From Balanoglossus misakiensis (Eukaryota > Animalia > Hemichordata): a DNA stretch of 64,000 bases. Below are positions 1 through 13,730 of the stretch, in pieces; position 1 is the stretch's first letter; every line of letters begins with the position of its first letter. The position numbers and the translations under genes are program-made. The notes beneath the pieces are model-generated. The model was not told the origin of the DNA and ran no database searches. It was given only the letters and a program-made list of their open reading frames with translations. The DNA is taken from assembly GCA_040954595.2 (NCBI GenBank), contig CM082577.2, positions 10,069,846-10,133,845 on the forward strand, given 5' to 3'.

Positions 1-312
1 CCCTTGTATGATCACGCTCAAACAGTTTCGGCTTTGATCATTATGTTCGCCAACAAACTTGATAAGTTTACGAGGATCGTCCTATAGTAAAGAAATTTCT
101 TTAATTTTCAGATACCTATCAGTTATACAAAAGAGCTGCATGATAATTAAGTATACGCTATACTGGTTTCGGAAATAGTCTTTCGGGTTATATAAAGTCT
201 GAAAATGTTGTGATTTGCTTATTCGGCTGATTAAAGTACTTCTTTCCTTGAACAGAACTATATTGTGTGGAGAGTCCGTCGTCGACGCCTTCTCCGCGGC
301 TCTCACAGAACT

Positions 313-1347
313 TCACCTGCTGCTGGTGGCCGGCGGTTGCGCGGGCGAGTTGTCCGAGTTCCGTCCGTCCGTCCGATCGAACTCGATCTGCGCCTTGCCG
401 GGGTAGCAGCGGAACACCTTCTGGAAGGACTTCCTGAAGTTGTCGGAGAGGAAGGCGTAGATGATGGGGTTGACGCACGAGTTGGCGTACGACATGATGT
501 TGCCCACCCAGATGGCGATCTGCACGGCGTCGCTGAAGGCCACCCACCCCAGCGTGATAGAGAGCACGATGACCTGGATGGGCATCCAGCACACGCAGAA
601 GATGATGACCACGATGACCACCATCCGGGTCACCTTCTTCTTCTGCTTGACGTTGCCCTGGGTGTTGGCGCCCTGCGGCACCACGCCCGTCCACAGGCGC
701 TTCAGCAGCAGAAAGTACGTGATGGTGATGACGACCAGCGGGAGGAAGTACGAGGTGAAGAACAGCTGGACCCAGAAGAGCTTGTTCTCCGAGGCGGAGA
801 ACGTCTGCACGCAGTACACCACCAGGCGCCCGTACGGGTCCCGGAAGCTGACGGTGGTGAACTTGGTGAGGATGGGGCTGAGGACCACCACCACCACGCC
901 CCACATGGTCACCACCACCCCGGTGGCGTTGCGCACGTTGCGGATCTTCATGGAGCGTATAGGGTAGACGACGGCCAGGAAGCGGTCGATCGACATCACC
1001 AGCAGGGTGTACACGCTGGCGTACAGATTCACGAACTGCAGGTAGTTGGTGATTTTGCACATGAACCTCCCGAACGGCCACGACACGGTCGCGTAGCCGA
1101 CCGCCGTGAAGGGGACAAACAGGATCAAGAAGAGAAAGTCTGCCACGCTCAGGTTCAATATGAACAAATTGGTCGTCGTTTTCATCTTGCGCTCCTTCAG
1201 GACCACGTAGATGACCAGGGCGTTTCCGATCAGGCCGACCACGCACGTCAGACCGAAGACGACGGGTATGACGTAAGTCTCGACGATGGCCACAGGTGCC
1301 GCCGGATATGACGTCAGCGTGTCGTTCTTGACAGTTTCATTGGACAT
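313..1347 (-). CDS. AstA-R: Class A neuropeptide GPCR, allatostatin-A receptor-like (galanin/kisspeptin receptor group), 344 aa, single coding exon
   Basis: 7TM motifs GNALV (TM1), NLSVAD (TM2), WPFG..C, SIDRFLAVVYP (DRY variant), FFTSYFLP (TM5), KKVTRMVV..FCVCWMP (TM6), NSCVNPIIYAFLSDNFRKSF (TM7/helix 8). YASVYTLLVMSIDRFLAVVYPI and LWTGVVP resemble protostome AstA receptors as I recall them. The ATG at 1347 is in ACCATG context with N-terminal glycosylation sequons (NET, NDT). The TTG start in the ORF track lies in an intron acceptor. Confidence 0.9.
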   Translation of the reverse strand: MSNETVKNDTLTSYPAAPVAIVETYVIPVVFGLTCVVGLIGNALVIYVVLKERKMKTTTNLFILNLSVADFLFLILFVPFTAVGYATVSWPFGRFMCKITNYLQFVNLYASVYTLLVMSIDRFLAVVYPIRSMKIRNVRNATGVVVTMWGVVVVVLSPILTKFTTVSFRDPYGRLVVYCVQTFSASENKLFWVQLFFTSYFLPLVVITITYFLLLKRLWTGVVPQGANTQGNVKQKKKVTRMVVIVVIIFCVCWMPIQVIVLSITLGWVAFSDAVQIAIWVGNIMSYANSCVNPIIYAFLSDNFRKSFQKVFRCYPGKAQIEFDRTDGRNSDNSPAQPPATSSR

Positions 1348-1374
1348 GGTGTATATGTTGGTTCGTTTGTCAAC

Positions 1375-1390
1375 CTGCAAAAGAAGAATT
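1375..1390 (-). other. Splice acceptor upstream of the GPCR coding exon (intron in the 5' UTR)
   Basis: Minus strand reads aattcttcttttgcag|GTTGAC, 27 nt before the ATG. Confidence 0.75.
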
Positions 1391-4155
1391 TAAATCGTTA
1401 AAGATGGAAGCACATGGCAAGATTTCGCGGGCTATATGTCCGAACATCACAGCAATTTCGTTCAACCCAAGTAATTATTTCAGTATGCCTACGAATCACC
1501 TGACGAATCTGATCGATGGCTTGGATAAAAACAGTAATGTCGTTTACCGGGTTTTGATTGGCTGCAGGTTGAAAGTCAAATAGCAGACGGTGCGTTTCTC
1601 ACGCCAGTGCGTTCTATATGGCAGAAAAACAGCAAATGTCGACGCCTTTCGCGTGCGCCGGGATCAGAAGCCCAGACAAAACTGACCGGTTTGTTTCCAG
1701 CGCACGGTAATTATACGCAGCCCGGCCAACGTAGGCGGTGTATATAAGCATGCAGCAATTTGCCAGTGAATGAGCGTATAACAAAGATGGGTTTGCAAAT
1801 TTAGCGTGAGCACGGGAACTATCAATTGATTACATGTTACAGTGGTTTAGATGCAGGACACATTGTAATTGCCATACAAGTTACATGTAGACAGTGGGTA
1901 ACACAACGTGAATATACATTGTACACACCCCTTCCCCTTGTTGTTGATAGAAATAATATGAGTATGGTACGCCCCCCCCCCCCATCTCGTATTGCAACGG
2001 GTATAAACGCATGTCACTCGAATAACTCAATTCATTTTACTCTAAAACCACAACTATATTTCCAAAAGCGTAATGAATATCTACCTAGAGTCATCAAATT
2101 TCCTGCGTAATTCCCGCTGTCCATCCTGTACGAGCGCGTCTCTGTGTATCATAAACGCAGTTGTGATTGCGAAAACCCCGAGGGAAGTCACATGTGAACG
2201 AGGGGGAAATATTCTTCAAGGTCGCGGATATCAATCTCAGATTTTCTTTTAATGGGAGGTTTCAATTGTGCAAAACAATCCGATACAAACTCCCATGACG
2301 AAATAAAAACAGAAAGGGCATGTGGGATCTCTTCCGTCCGCGTAGTACTCATACGGACGGGAAAAGGGACAGCATTCGTTATTTGCATAACGGCATTTTC
2401 AGTTGTAATAACAAACCATCTGCAATTACCTGCTGTGTGGACTGAGGAATGGAAATGTAAATTCCTGTATTTGTCAATCATGCATGTCTCATGCGAGCTT
2501 AAGTTAGATTAAGTTTAATATTCGCATGATATGAGCCACAGTCGGCCGTTGTAAAGACGTTACAATAAGTCCATTTACATTACACAAGGTATAACGTAAT
2601 GCGTATGTACGTGGTTGCCATTTTCGATAGAAAAATCGCAAATACGTACACCAGCATTGTGAGTGAAAAGAAAACTTACTTCAATGTAAGCTTACGGTTG
2701 TTCATTAAAATTTTACGCTGGAAAGACTCGCGCGAGCACTATTGGCCGGCAGACGTGAGTTCAGATTGTAACGTTTATACGTATAACACTTTCTGACACT
2801 CTTAATTACGGTGAACGACCCAGATTTCAGTAGGTAAGTGCTGTGGTTTCGAAAATGCTGAATTTTTCTGAATTGAACGGGCATTGACACACACGCTCAG
2901 ACAACACCTAATATGCTTCCAATTCTTTGACTTCGCCGTTACTGTATATATCATGTGGCAACATACCACACGATCTAATGTCGATCTCTACAGGACTGGT
3001 TGAAACTGGCACAAGACAGGCCAATTTTGGCAGTTTTGGTATCTTAATAGTCGCGTTGCATATAGTTCAGGCCATTTTTAAACCAAACTTTCACTGAAGT
3101 TGGTTGCATTTTTGTTAGTAGTTTTTAGTGTATAAGTTGTTAGTAAGTGTAAAAACTGGTAAATGAAATCAGAAATCATAGGTTTCTTTCAAATAAGTGC
3201 TTCATGCGCATACTCAGCGTGGGCTATCCAAAATCAATATTCTGATTCACAATGCGTGTCGTTACCATACCTCATTTTCCTGTCACGAAATCTTCCCTCA
3301 TTCGCCCACTTTCTCATACTGCGACAGTCTGCTGAAAATACAAGTACTCAGCAACTTAACGCCCTTGACATTTCAGAATCTGTTAAGTCGATTCCCTGGT
3401 GTAATGGTGTACATGTATATCACGATAACAAGAAGCTTCGAATGCGCGAAACATCTTCGAACGTTTCCATTACTTATGCATGTAGTACCGTCCCAACTGA
3501 ATTACAGTTTAGCTCTCGGCTTGACACAGAAACCCAATTTTTGCATTTGCATGGTAAATTAGGATTTTTTGGTGTCTCCAGCGCATATTTCCAAAAGGTC
3601 AATGTCTTTTCACGGGTCCAATTAATTGAGGGGACAAATGATTTCTTGTAAAGATAGTCCTGATCGTGATGGCAGAAGTAGGACGATACGGTCAGGGGGA
3701 AAAAATCATTACGTAATCGAGACCGGAATTATCGGTTGAAGAACAAAGGATTTGGTTTTAAATGCTGATAATGACAAGGCCATTTGAAATACTGCACAGG
3801 TGTAAAAACGGATGATAATTTTTGTCCATATTCTGTTTTCTGTCCATTGGGCGACTGCGCCAGAACATCACGTGACGAAGTGACACTGCATAGCCGCGTC
3901 GTCTATTGAAATTGCTCTTAATGCGTGATTTGCTTCGCCTTGGTCTGGCAACATCGCATGGCAAATTAACGCATTTCACACTCCCCAACTACCCGTCAAT
4001 TCATCCCGCGAGACCCCATTCAGTGCGAGTTATGAGCAAAATGATGGTAGCGATGCGATTACAGTATTTACTGTTTATACAACGACGCACTCTGAAGGGC
4101 GCCACCAGTGTCGCGGAGGTCACAAGCATCCACACTTTCGCACTATTTGAAGCTT

Positions 4156-4666
4156 TTAAAGGCACGTAAGCTGCAACTGGATAAAAAATCAATGTTTTAA
4201 ATAATCTCATATATGCTTTTAATTATATCTATTAAATGCTATTTCATGATAATATATCAAGCTCAACACTTATTTATGACAAAATGGCCAAAAATTAAAG
4301 AAATACGAAAATTCCTGAAATTTTAAAAAAGTGCAATATTGCAATGAAAAATGAAAATCTGATGTCTCAGTGGTGTACATTTACTTCCATGAGCTCAAGT
4401 GGATGAGATCATGTTTTGTTTATGAAGTTTCACAACCGGAAATGCGACATTTTCATTGTTTCTTTCATTTTCCCACGGTGGCGGCCATAATCGCTTGCGG
4501 CAAAGCTTTATTATTTATCTGGTTAAAACTTGCATATGCACTCATATTTAGGGTTTATAATGCTTGTGTATAGTTCACTGCCTTCATCTGCATGGACTAA
4601 TGGTAATGCAGTGTGAAACAAAAATTATGAAAATTATCCCAAAAGTTACAGCTTACGTGCCTTTAA
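4156..4666. mobile_element. Non-autonomous DNA transposon (MITE) with TTAA target-site duplication, Kolobok-like
   Basis: TTAA-AGGCACGTAAGCTGCAACT ... AGTTACAGCTTACGTGCCT-TTAA; 18/19 terminal inverted repeat (TIR) match. Confidence 0.8.
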
Positions 4667-6320
4667 ATCAGAAAGGAAATTATTTGTAAAGTATATTATT
4701 CTAATCGCTTTTTTTCCACTTCCTCTTTGTAGCTGCAATCTTCAACTATAAAAGACTCCTACGGCTCTGCTTACTTTTACACAACCAATCATGCAATCAT
4801 TGATTACACCCCTTGGCACATGGGCTGGGCCCTTGGAAGGTAAACCTGCAGATTTAAGTGTTCCAACTTTGAACAATCCGAAATATAGTTCACAAGGCGC
4901 ATACATGTACATTTCGTGCCCAAATTCACAATTCTCGCATTTTCGCAGCTGCTTCTTGGTATTAACATTGAAATGTACATTTTTATTTTACCAAGGAGTT
5001 GATTTGTGCGAAAAATACGCTTAATCAAGCACGCCCACTATGACAAATGATATAGCACAATTTCGGCAGTCGGTCAGGTGGAAAATCGACCTCGTGCTTT
5101 CCACCCAAGAGAAAACAAATTATTGGCAAAAATTTCTTCCTTATGTGTGACGCAGTCAAGGACTTCGCAGTACTCCGATAGGGTATCACCCTGAGATAAT
5201 GATGCCTGGCAAGGATTTGCGTTCTTCATTAATACATATTCGCAGAAAGAGCTTTGTTGAAAAGTACAAAGCGAGGTCACATTTGGCACACGCGCATACT
5301 CACTTATGCCGCATGGAAAACACCCCAAGTGCCGAAGGTACAGACTAGTCATGTGTCGTTTCATATGATAATTAGAGAATTCGTTGTGCTGTTTTTACGG
5401 CAACAGTTATGAAGCCAAAATCTAAACATTCTTAAAAAGCAAAAGAAGGGAAGCAGTTCTCGGGAAAACCTTCAGATGGTATAACCACCGAACCTAACGT
5501 GATTTAGCAAATGGGCTTTCCATGTTTAATAGTATAGAAGCAGGGTAACATACATGTATGAACCAACATGTCTCCACAATTGGCAGTCTCTCTCTGCTTA
5601 TTGGCATGGTCACTAGAAAATACTGAATTGAACAATGTACGGTTTAAAAGTTAAATAGCAATATGCACTACCATTCTCTGCGATACATTGCAGAGGTGTG
5701 TTGCTGTCCGAAGTAATAATTCGTTGTACCTGTGCACACAAGAAACCGGCGGTTACAAAGACTGACGCTGATTGTGCACGTGATGTCCCGTGACAGTGCG
5801 TAACCTCGTTAGCGTCGTGTAGATTGCCGCAGTATAGAATCCAGCCGCAATCAAGACTGAAGGAAGGAAAAAACCCGTGCTTGTTTCATTGAAAGTTGCA
5901 TTTATGTTTTATGACTGGAGGCAACGCTAGAAGTGTCGTCTGACAAATATTGGGCGATTTGGCGGCGCCGCGCGAAAGGGGAAATTAAGGCCAATTTAGC
6001 CACCTTTATTGTGTCACAAATTGTGGGAGCGCGCAACATCAGCTCACGGTTCGTCAACGGTGAGCGCCGACCGAGCGTTTATACTTTTCAGGAGACATCT
6101 AATATCCGTCAACTGTTGAAGCAAAGCGACAGCAAATAGCGACGCCTCTGAATGGTATACAGGCGCAACCTTGTATCCACAATCTTTCTACTGCCTATGC
6201 TATAATTTGGTGCCAATTGGTGAAATTTCACCTTCTCTGATATTGATATACCTAAATTGACGCAATATACATATGACGTACATTAAAATAGAACGGCGTC
6301 TTCAAGCACGACGTAAAACG

Positions 6321-6470
6321 CAGTCAAACCTGTCTATAGTGGCCAGTTAAGGGGCTTTCTTTAACTGGCCTTTATTCACAGGCGTTCTTTATAGACAGGC
6401 CAGTTAATGCACATGTTAACTGCAGAGGGGCCACTGTGTAGAGATGGCCACTAACACAGGTTTAACTGTA
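6321..6470. mobile_element. Tc1/mariner (Tigger/pogo-like) MITE
   Basis: CAGTCAAACCTGT...ACAGGTTTAACTG-TA termini; same family as 59665-59847 in the opposite orientation. Confidence 0.7.
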
Positions 6471-9400
6471 TTGCCAAACTGTCACCGTGACGTGGAAAAC
6501 GAACAGAGCACGCATGCAGAGCTAGAACCGCGAACTTTATGTTTTTTCCACGTAACGCACGTCCCGAAACCTTTCAAGTACCGTACCTGTTTCGGTGAAT
6601 TTCAGAAATCGTAATAAGGGGGGCTTAGCCGTACTTTGTCCGTTAATTTGCGGAAGTCGTTCTGCCCTGCCCCCAACAAGTGCACGTTAATGGCTCGCTG
6701 ACTGCCCCTCGTCCTCCGCGAGAAGCATGCAGCTGAACCTCATTAACGGGAATCGGCAGACGTCACTCGTTGGAGATTCAAAGAAATTCTCACCAAAACA
6801 TCACAAATTAGTACATTGTCCTTGTGCAACGTTTGGTTGAAAGTACTGTGGGAAATCTTGACATTTCCGCTTTGCTCAAGTCCCGCGTGTAACGCTGTGT
6901 CGCGGAAACTCAAGTCTTCGATTCTGTAGAAACACCGTTGAATGTTTTTCATTACACGTGCAAGCTGTACCCCAGCTGCATTAATTTAGAGAGAGTAGCT
7001 GTCAGTATGACACACGAACCTAATTTGTGCATCGCCTGAATCACAACTTTGTTGCACGCGGCAAAGTATATCGTTCACATTTCTCGAATGCCTGCATTTC
7101 TCGCGGTTCGCGCGTTAATTATGGCACAGTTTTGTGTTCGAATTCCATAAAATAGGCCTACAAGCTAAAAATCAGTAATCGTTAGTTATTCCGAGTTCCA
7201 GTTACGTTTGATTGGCCTAATTTATCGAGCCGACAAGTCGTGCCGTGTGAGGATAGCTGCGGTGTCGTGACGTGCGATGTTTGCCCACGCCTGCTTGAAC
7301 ACCCGGAAGAAATAATAATACCAGCGACACACACAGCGAGGACACACCGCAGGTCCGGTTGAAGCTAGGGCCGAGGCAGCTCGCTTTCGCGCCTGTGTGT
7401 ATGCGGTGATCGGCAATGGAGACCATTGGTAGAAAAATTAAATGCGACTGTCGCAGCAACACGTTCGATTGAGCTTGACAAACTGAAGTGATCTCAGTAG
7501 CCCACTTAAAATGTCTGCGTTCCGAGACCATAAATTATAATGGTTTATGATTTTCGCTGGCGCCTTTTGGAAAGTGAATGTATTAATCTAAATGACGCTG
7601 ACTCTCTCAGGCTGTGGAGGTATATTAGAAAAAAACACGTTTGGTCACGTGTTGCGTCTGTACCACTTTAAACTGAGATGTCAACGTGTCACTCAAGGCT
7701 CTCCCCTGACAGTCTCGGGTCCCGGTGGCAGTCAACTGTGTGACGTTGGGTCTATGTTCAACATGGTGACAGTGTCTGCCATCTTGTCGTCTACTGATCG
7801 GGAGGGTTGGCGTGCTCCTCCCCACGACCCGCACCGTCAAATATTATTTAGTCACGCAGGGACTTTTTCTCATTTAGTTCAACTGTGAAGGAATAGACTT
7901 GTTTGTGACAGAATAGATCGGATGCAACGTGCTGGTGTGAGTGTTGCCCGCAGAAGGATAGGAAATAAGATTTTTGGTTAATTGAAAAAAATAATTGAAA
8001 AAAGAAGAAACGGAAATGGCGAACAACTTTTGCTTTTGGGATTTGAATGACCGCAACGTGTCGTCTTAACATCATTTGTACCACAATGCACCCGAATTAT
8101 GACCATAATATATAGAGAGTATTTGCCAAACATCAAAGACGTATTAACCATTATTTAGCTGGCGTTGTGAGGGTTCTTTCCTTGAGATCTGTTTTGTTTC
8201 GATTGCGATAGCACCGGCATTCATCGGAGGAGTTTAATATTTTCAACAAAGAATATCAAATCAACACATATGCTATCCTACAATGTAACTAAGACCTATT
8301 GTGTGTCGAAATGCCAGTGTGCACATTTCTATAGCACCAATAACGCGATTATGATAATAACGGTTTCAGTAGTGATGATTGCAATCTTATAAACGACTTT
8401 TTGCTCTGGAGTAGCTGATACTGATTGTACCGTTAAAATAGAGACGGGGAAAGGATTTCACCCGAGTTCGCTTCCATTCACTTCACTACACCTCACGATA
8501 TATCAATTTTGTCTGATCATTTACCGAGCAAACGTACGAGTGCGAGAGTCCTAGTTCTCGACGTTTTTTCAAAGCTGTTAACCTATTTTTCGGTAATCCG
8601 AGAGACTCTAACCGCAAGCTTCGACTATGACGCAAGAAGTTCAATTTGATAGACTGTGTGTGCTTCCTAAGCGACGAAGCCCACGATAAATACACATGGT
8701 TTAAATTCGGTCCCTACATGCAGCTACATGTATCAGGATTCTGTGGATATAGCCGGTACCACATAGAAATGTTCCATTTGCCGGCCGGATGAGTATGTTT
8801 CTTCTCCTCTTAAGGACCATTCGGCGTCCTTTCAGGAACATCCCCAGACAGAGAACATTTGCATGTTTAACGTTACAAATCGCCTCTTTTACAAGAATGC
8901 CCTGGTCCATTAGGAACAACTCGGCCTTATTCACTTGGACTGCGCGGGAAAAGCCACCCCACTTCACGTTTATAGGACAATGATGCTTTAGTAGCACGCA
9001 ATCTCGTCGAGACTCGCTAAAGTAGTAAATCCCTCCTTGACTCGGAATTGCAATAACAATGCGCAATCTCCTACATGTACCCGGCGCTTTTGAGATACCG
9101 AGGATCGTAATCGGGTATTTCTGCCCGGCCACTTCACGAGATAGGTGAAACTGGTGAAAAGAGTGTGCCCGTGAGAATGTTGGTCGTTCACTGAATTCAA
9201 AACAAAATCCACGGCATAAGCGTGCAAGAGAGACTACGTACGTAGATGCATGGTGTCTTTTGAGCAGCCTGATTTTCGCCAAATGAAATAAAGACCATTG
9301 AATAATAATCATTCGTTTCAGTGATTACCTATCGTGTGGAAAGCGATCCGAGGCTTATGCTTAATACGCAATGAAAGCGATTGTGGGTGAATAAACATTC

Positions 9401-12133
9401 ATTGCCAATTAATGATTATTTAAAGTAGCTATACTGTAGTTCTCAAACTGGATTGATGGAGATTAAACAGTATGTTTTTTTTCTGATCGTTAGGATTATT
9501 TTACGCGTTAATGACGCCCAATCCAAGAGTACGTTCACCTATATAATATCGCGATAAGCACACTATCGTTTTTTCCCTTTTCGTAAATTAATTGACCTCA
9601 CAACTGACTTGTTTGTCCTCCTCGTGCAAGGGACGTGTGTTTCCATTGGAGACTTTTAAAGCTTCAGGAAAACAAAACCCTATACACCAGCGTAAGGTGT
9701 ATGGGAACCCCACAGATGATGTGACGTGTGTTTTTATCGGACTTGAACTCGAAAACCAATGTCCCAATGCACGGTGCAATGACGTCAACGCAGGGAGTCC
9801 TTCGTCAACATACCCATCTCCGAGTCTCAAAAAGAAATAAAGACACTCGAATATTCAGCAATACACCACTCACTCTGTGTGTTTAACTTATTGACTACAC
9901 TACAGGAAGCAACATTTCCTGCACTTGAAGGCGAATTAGGAAGTCTATCATTACAATCGTTCAATGATAGTTTCCTTTGCAGGGGTACCCAAGAAATCGT
10001 AGCCGTGTCCGCATGGGGTAGTTCAGAGCAGTTACCTGATCTGAGCGGAAAACCGAAACTGATAGTTAAGCGCCGAAAAACACGTAGTTTGGTCCTCAAA
10101 GCAACGGTTTTAACGGGTCCTGACGCACTAACAAAACTGTCGGTCTTCAGTAGAACGAGCAACTTGCCTCAATTAAAATGGGATCGAATAATGACATTAA
10201 TGACATCTTTATGTTCAGAAACATGGGCCGTGGACTACACTAGTTTCCACGAAACTATTTCCATGGCCAACACTAGAAGTGTGTAAACATCTATTTTACC
10301 TTCTTTGTGTTATGTATATGTACATGCATGTCTCTGTTGAAATAAGGTTCAGTTCAACAACGACCCGTATTCACCGCATTCAAGAATCCGGTGACGTTGG
10401 GGTTGATGTTGAAGCGATGAAAATTTTCCTGTTAAGTGTTTGAGAATTGTGTGGGATGTTCGTGTCCACGTTTTTTACCGGTCGAGCCTGCAGTAATGCC
10501 AACTGGCAAGTGAACATCAAATTCGATTGCATGGCTATACATGACATGCTTGTTTGTGTTGAAGCTCTATGGGCGTGAGCAAGCAAAGCAAGGTGTTCTC
10601 TGTAACATTGACCAAGGTATACTCTGACCGTGTGAAAATTGAAGAATCCATTACTGCAAGTATCCAATAGAATACTACAATATCAATCAAACAAGGAATG
10701 GATTCTGCCGCGGACAGGGAACATTTTCATTGTCTCGTGGGACTCTCACCGTCATTGGCACAGAAACACACATAAGGTGTTACCCTGCACTTGAATGTAT
10801 AGAACGCCATTTTATTGTCATAACGACAGAAAAAAACGGAGATTCGAATTTCATGGCAAGTCTTCAAGAAACGCTCAAAATTGAAATTTAACTCCCTGAA
10901 CTTAACATCAGCCTCACTGAATGCAGTGTGTCATTCGATCGCGTTTGATCGAAATTGGCGAAAATGGCGCGAAATACTTATCGTCGCCGATCTTTCTACT
11001 GTTCTCCGATATCTTGTCTCGCGTCATGGTTGTTTTTAAACTGTTGTTTTGGGGTCCAAACTACGTGGGTTTCGGTATTGAACTACTGTTCCCATTTCGG
11101 TGCTTGCTCTGTCACATAACTGCTCTGAATTATCAGATGAGAGACACGCCTACAGTGTTTGCTTTTTATTTACTGCTTTAGGTACCCCTATTCTTTGTAC
11201 ATGTACATTTGTATCCAAGTTTTTCATGGGGTAGTACCAGTATGCGCCTCGGGGGACAGATTTCGGGGGGAAAGTGTCATTTAAACCAGACTGTTATATT
11301 GAAGTGTGTTGGGAGACATTTTGAGAGAAAAAAAGAAGAATTACATTAACGTAAAAGCGGTGCAATTTCCCTGCTGAGTGTTTGAGAATTGTTTGGGACG
11401 TTCGTGTCCACGACTACGTGTATCTGAACACGTGACACCATTCGACCGTTGGTCAGGTGGTGCTATTTTTATAATGCTCCGTCACATCACATTGTGCGCG
11501 AAAGTCCGTTTACGCACTCGATATTTGCTCGCGGCATTTTACTTTTTTTAATCTGTCCCCGAAATGGTTACAAAGTCGTTGCCGTGGTAACAAAATCTAA
11601 GACTCGTGGATGCTATGCGGTTCTGTTTATTAAAAAGTCACACGTTGCTCGTGCTTTTCTGGCCGTGAATCAAAAGTAATATGTCCGTGATCGCGGGGAT
11701 CCAGCGCTTTATTCTGTCGAGCTGCTTTGGAAAAAATAATCTGGTGGATTATGAGGCTTTTGATGATGTTGACAACATCGAGGGGATCTTTGAAATATAC
11801 CGTCAGGTTTAGCCTATTCGTGATTACGGGACTGTGACTGTGAGACTTAAAACGTAATTTAGATTTGACCTGTTCGGTGAGATAACCGTGACGATGGAGA
11901 AGGCTTTGTCGCAAGCGTAAACATTACGTCAATTTCAACAATTTGCTTTTCCATTCTCTTCCCTCAAGAGACCAGTGTGAGATAGCGTGGACTCTTTTGG
12001 GAGAAGATTAACATCAAAAGATCCTTCGGGTGGAAAGGAAGGAAAACACGTTTTTCACAGTGAACGGTTTCATCACATGCGATTACTTTGAAAGATTCAG
12101 TACGTCTAACAGCATGAGTGCGCGTGTAGCCTA

Positions 12134-12373
12134 TAGGCCATTTTCCGTACCCCGTGAGACCCTGCGTGATCTCGCGTGGCTATAGACAGCTCACGTGGGA
12201 GGTCGTCATTCTCACGTGACACAGTACAAACAGCGCATGGCCCATCGTTCAACGGCAAAAAGGTTACAATCTTGGTAAACCCTGCACCTAGTCTAGTTTC
12301 ATACACAGCTTCGAAGCTTGCTACAGCAATTGAGCAAGTCTCGCGAGATCGCTCAATGAGCGGAACATTATCT
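12134..12373. mobile_element. MITE, related to the copy at 62618-62813
   Basis: Starts TAGGCCATTTTCC; shares gaga..gcg.gatctcg and caagtctcgcgagatc..caatga..ggaa with the 62.6 kb copy. Confidence 0.55.
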
Positions 12374-13589
12374 GTCTGAAACAATATCTGCACGGTTCTT
12401 TATGTAATGTCATGGATGAAGTTAGACAGTTAGACGAAAAAATCGCGTATTTTCAGCCATCGTTAAGAAACGAGTAGATCTACTAAAGGTGTTTGGTGCG
12501 TACACTTAGAATATTTAGCTTTTCTTCATACGTACGCAGTTGCGACATGGGGCTATTTATATATCCCGGGTAGTTGTCGTGTAGGTTGATCATATTGTAG
12601 TAGTATCATTAATTTACTTCATTCGCCGAAATTCCGATCTCATAAACATTTTAGTAACTGCGGACGTTGATGAAATCGCAATACCAGACTCTTGTTGTTT
12701 GCCGTATTTCATTTAGAAATTAGCATGTGTCAACTGTTAAACATGAATGAGAATGATCAGATTCGATGGTAGTGATGACTTTGACAAGAATTGAAAGGTG
12801 GTGTTTGTCGTCTGGCAAAATTAAAAGTCGGCCAGACGTTTCCTTATCGGTCTGACTTTTGGAGCGTACGGTAAATCGCAAATGTGACGCGCGCTCTGTG
12901 ACGTACGGGTCAGAGTCTCCTTTCATTTCCCGCGCGCTCTTACCTCACAATATGTAATCCGTCTAGACAACAATGCGCGCTTGCTTCAGAATCTGACTTG
13001 TCTCTACAGTGATCGCGCGCTTCTGCAGGAGAAGACAACAGCCGGTTAGGAATACAATGATGCAGGTAACCAGCCAACAACAGTTTTACCGTGAAGATTC
13101 TTGTTGCAAGTACCGTGAAGCGAGATAATTCGTACCAAGAAGATAACATTGTGTATATTCTGACAAACGCATGTACATCTGACTGCACAGTGAACGGCGC
13201 GGCAACAAACGAACCACCGCACCGAGTCTGGCGTCTACATCCGCCATTTCAAAGAGACCCCAGGGTACCGCGGAGAGCAAATACGCGTGAAAAAGCGTGA
13301 TTTCTCGAAGTTCCATCGGCAACTCCGTACGGGGTGGAACTTAACAGGGCGTATCAAATAAACCCCCAACAGCAAAAAGTCCGTCCATGAGTTCACGTCT
13401 CCAGAGGTTGCGATTTAATACGCAGGCCACATTCGCTAAGATCAGATTCGCAGGAAAGTAAACGGAATAGTCATCAAAAAACTCACTCGAGGGGATATTC
13501 ATGCGACAGCTCACTGTGTTCTCCCAAGTACGAGGAAACATTACATGTATAAGAATATACCTTAGCCCCTTCTGATCTAGTAACAGTGA

Positions 13590-13730
13590 ACTCCTACGTG
13601 CATAATATGAATACTCAAAAATCTACGCGCACGTGAGACAGTCAAATTAGATGTAAATTTGGGAGATCGGGGATTCTTCAGGATGAGATGAACCGATGAC
13701 TAATCTAAATGCACAACGCATGTTCTAACA
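13590..13730 (-). mobile_element. Possible highly degraded L2-type LINE ORF2 fragment
   Basis: Frameshifted minus-strand translation AFRLVIGSSH...LHL..LSHVRVDF.VFILC loosely resembles the L2 motif AARLV.G...HI.P.L..LHWL.V..RI.FK. Confidence 0.3.

Noticed and set aside
188-1311. Long overlapping ORFs over the GPCR (348 aa antisense; 352 aa alternative frame)
   Set aside because: Expected by-product of high GC3 and hydrophobic codons. The translations are H/R/G-rich with no domain, and both end near the GPCR boundaries.
8701-10286. ORFs of 203, 111 and 135 aa
   Set aside because: No domain signatures and no coherent splice structure
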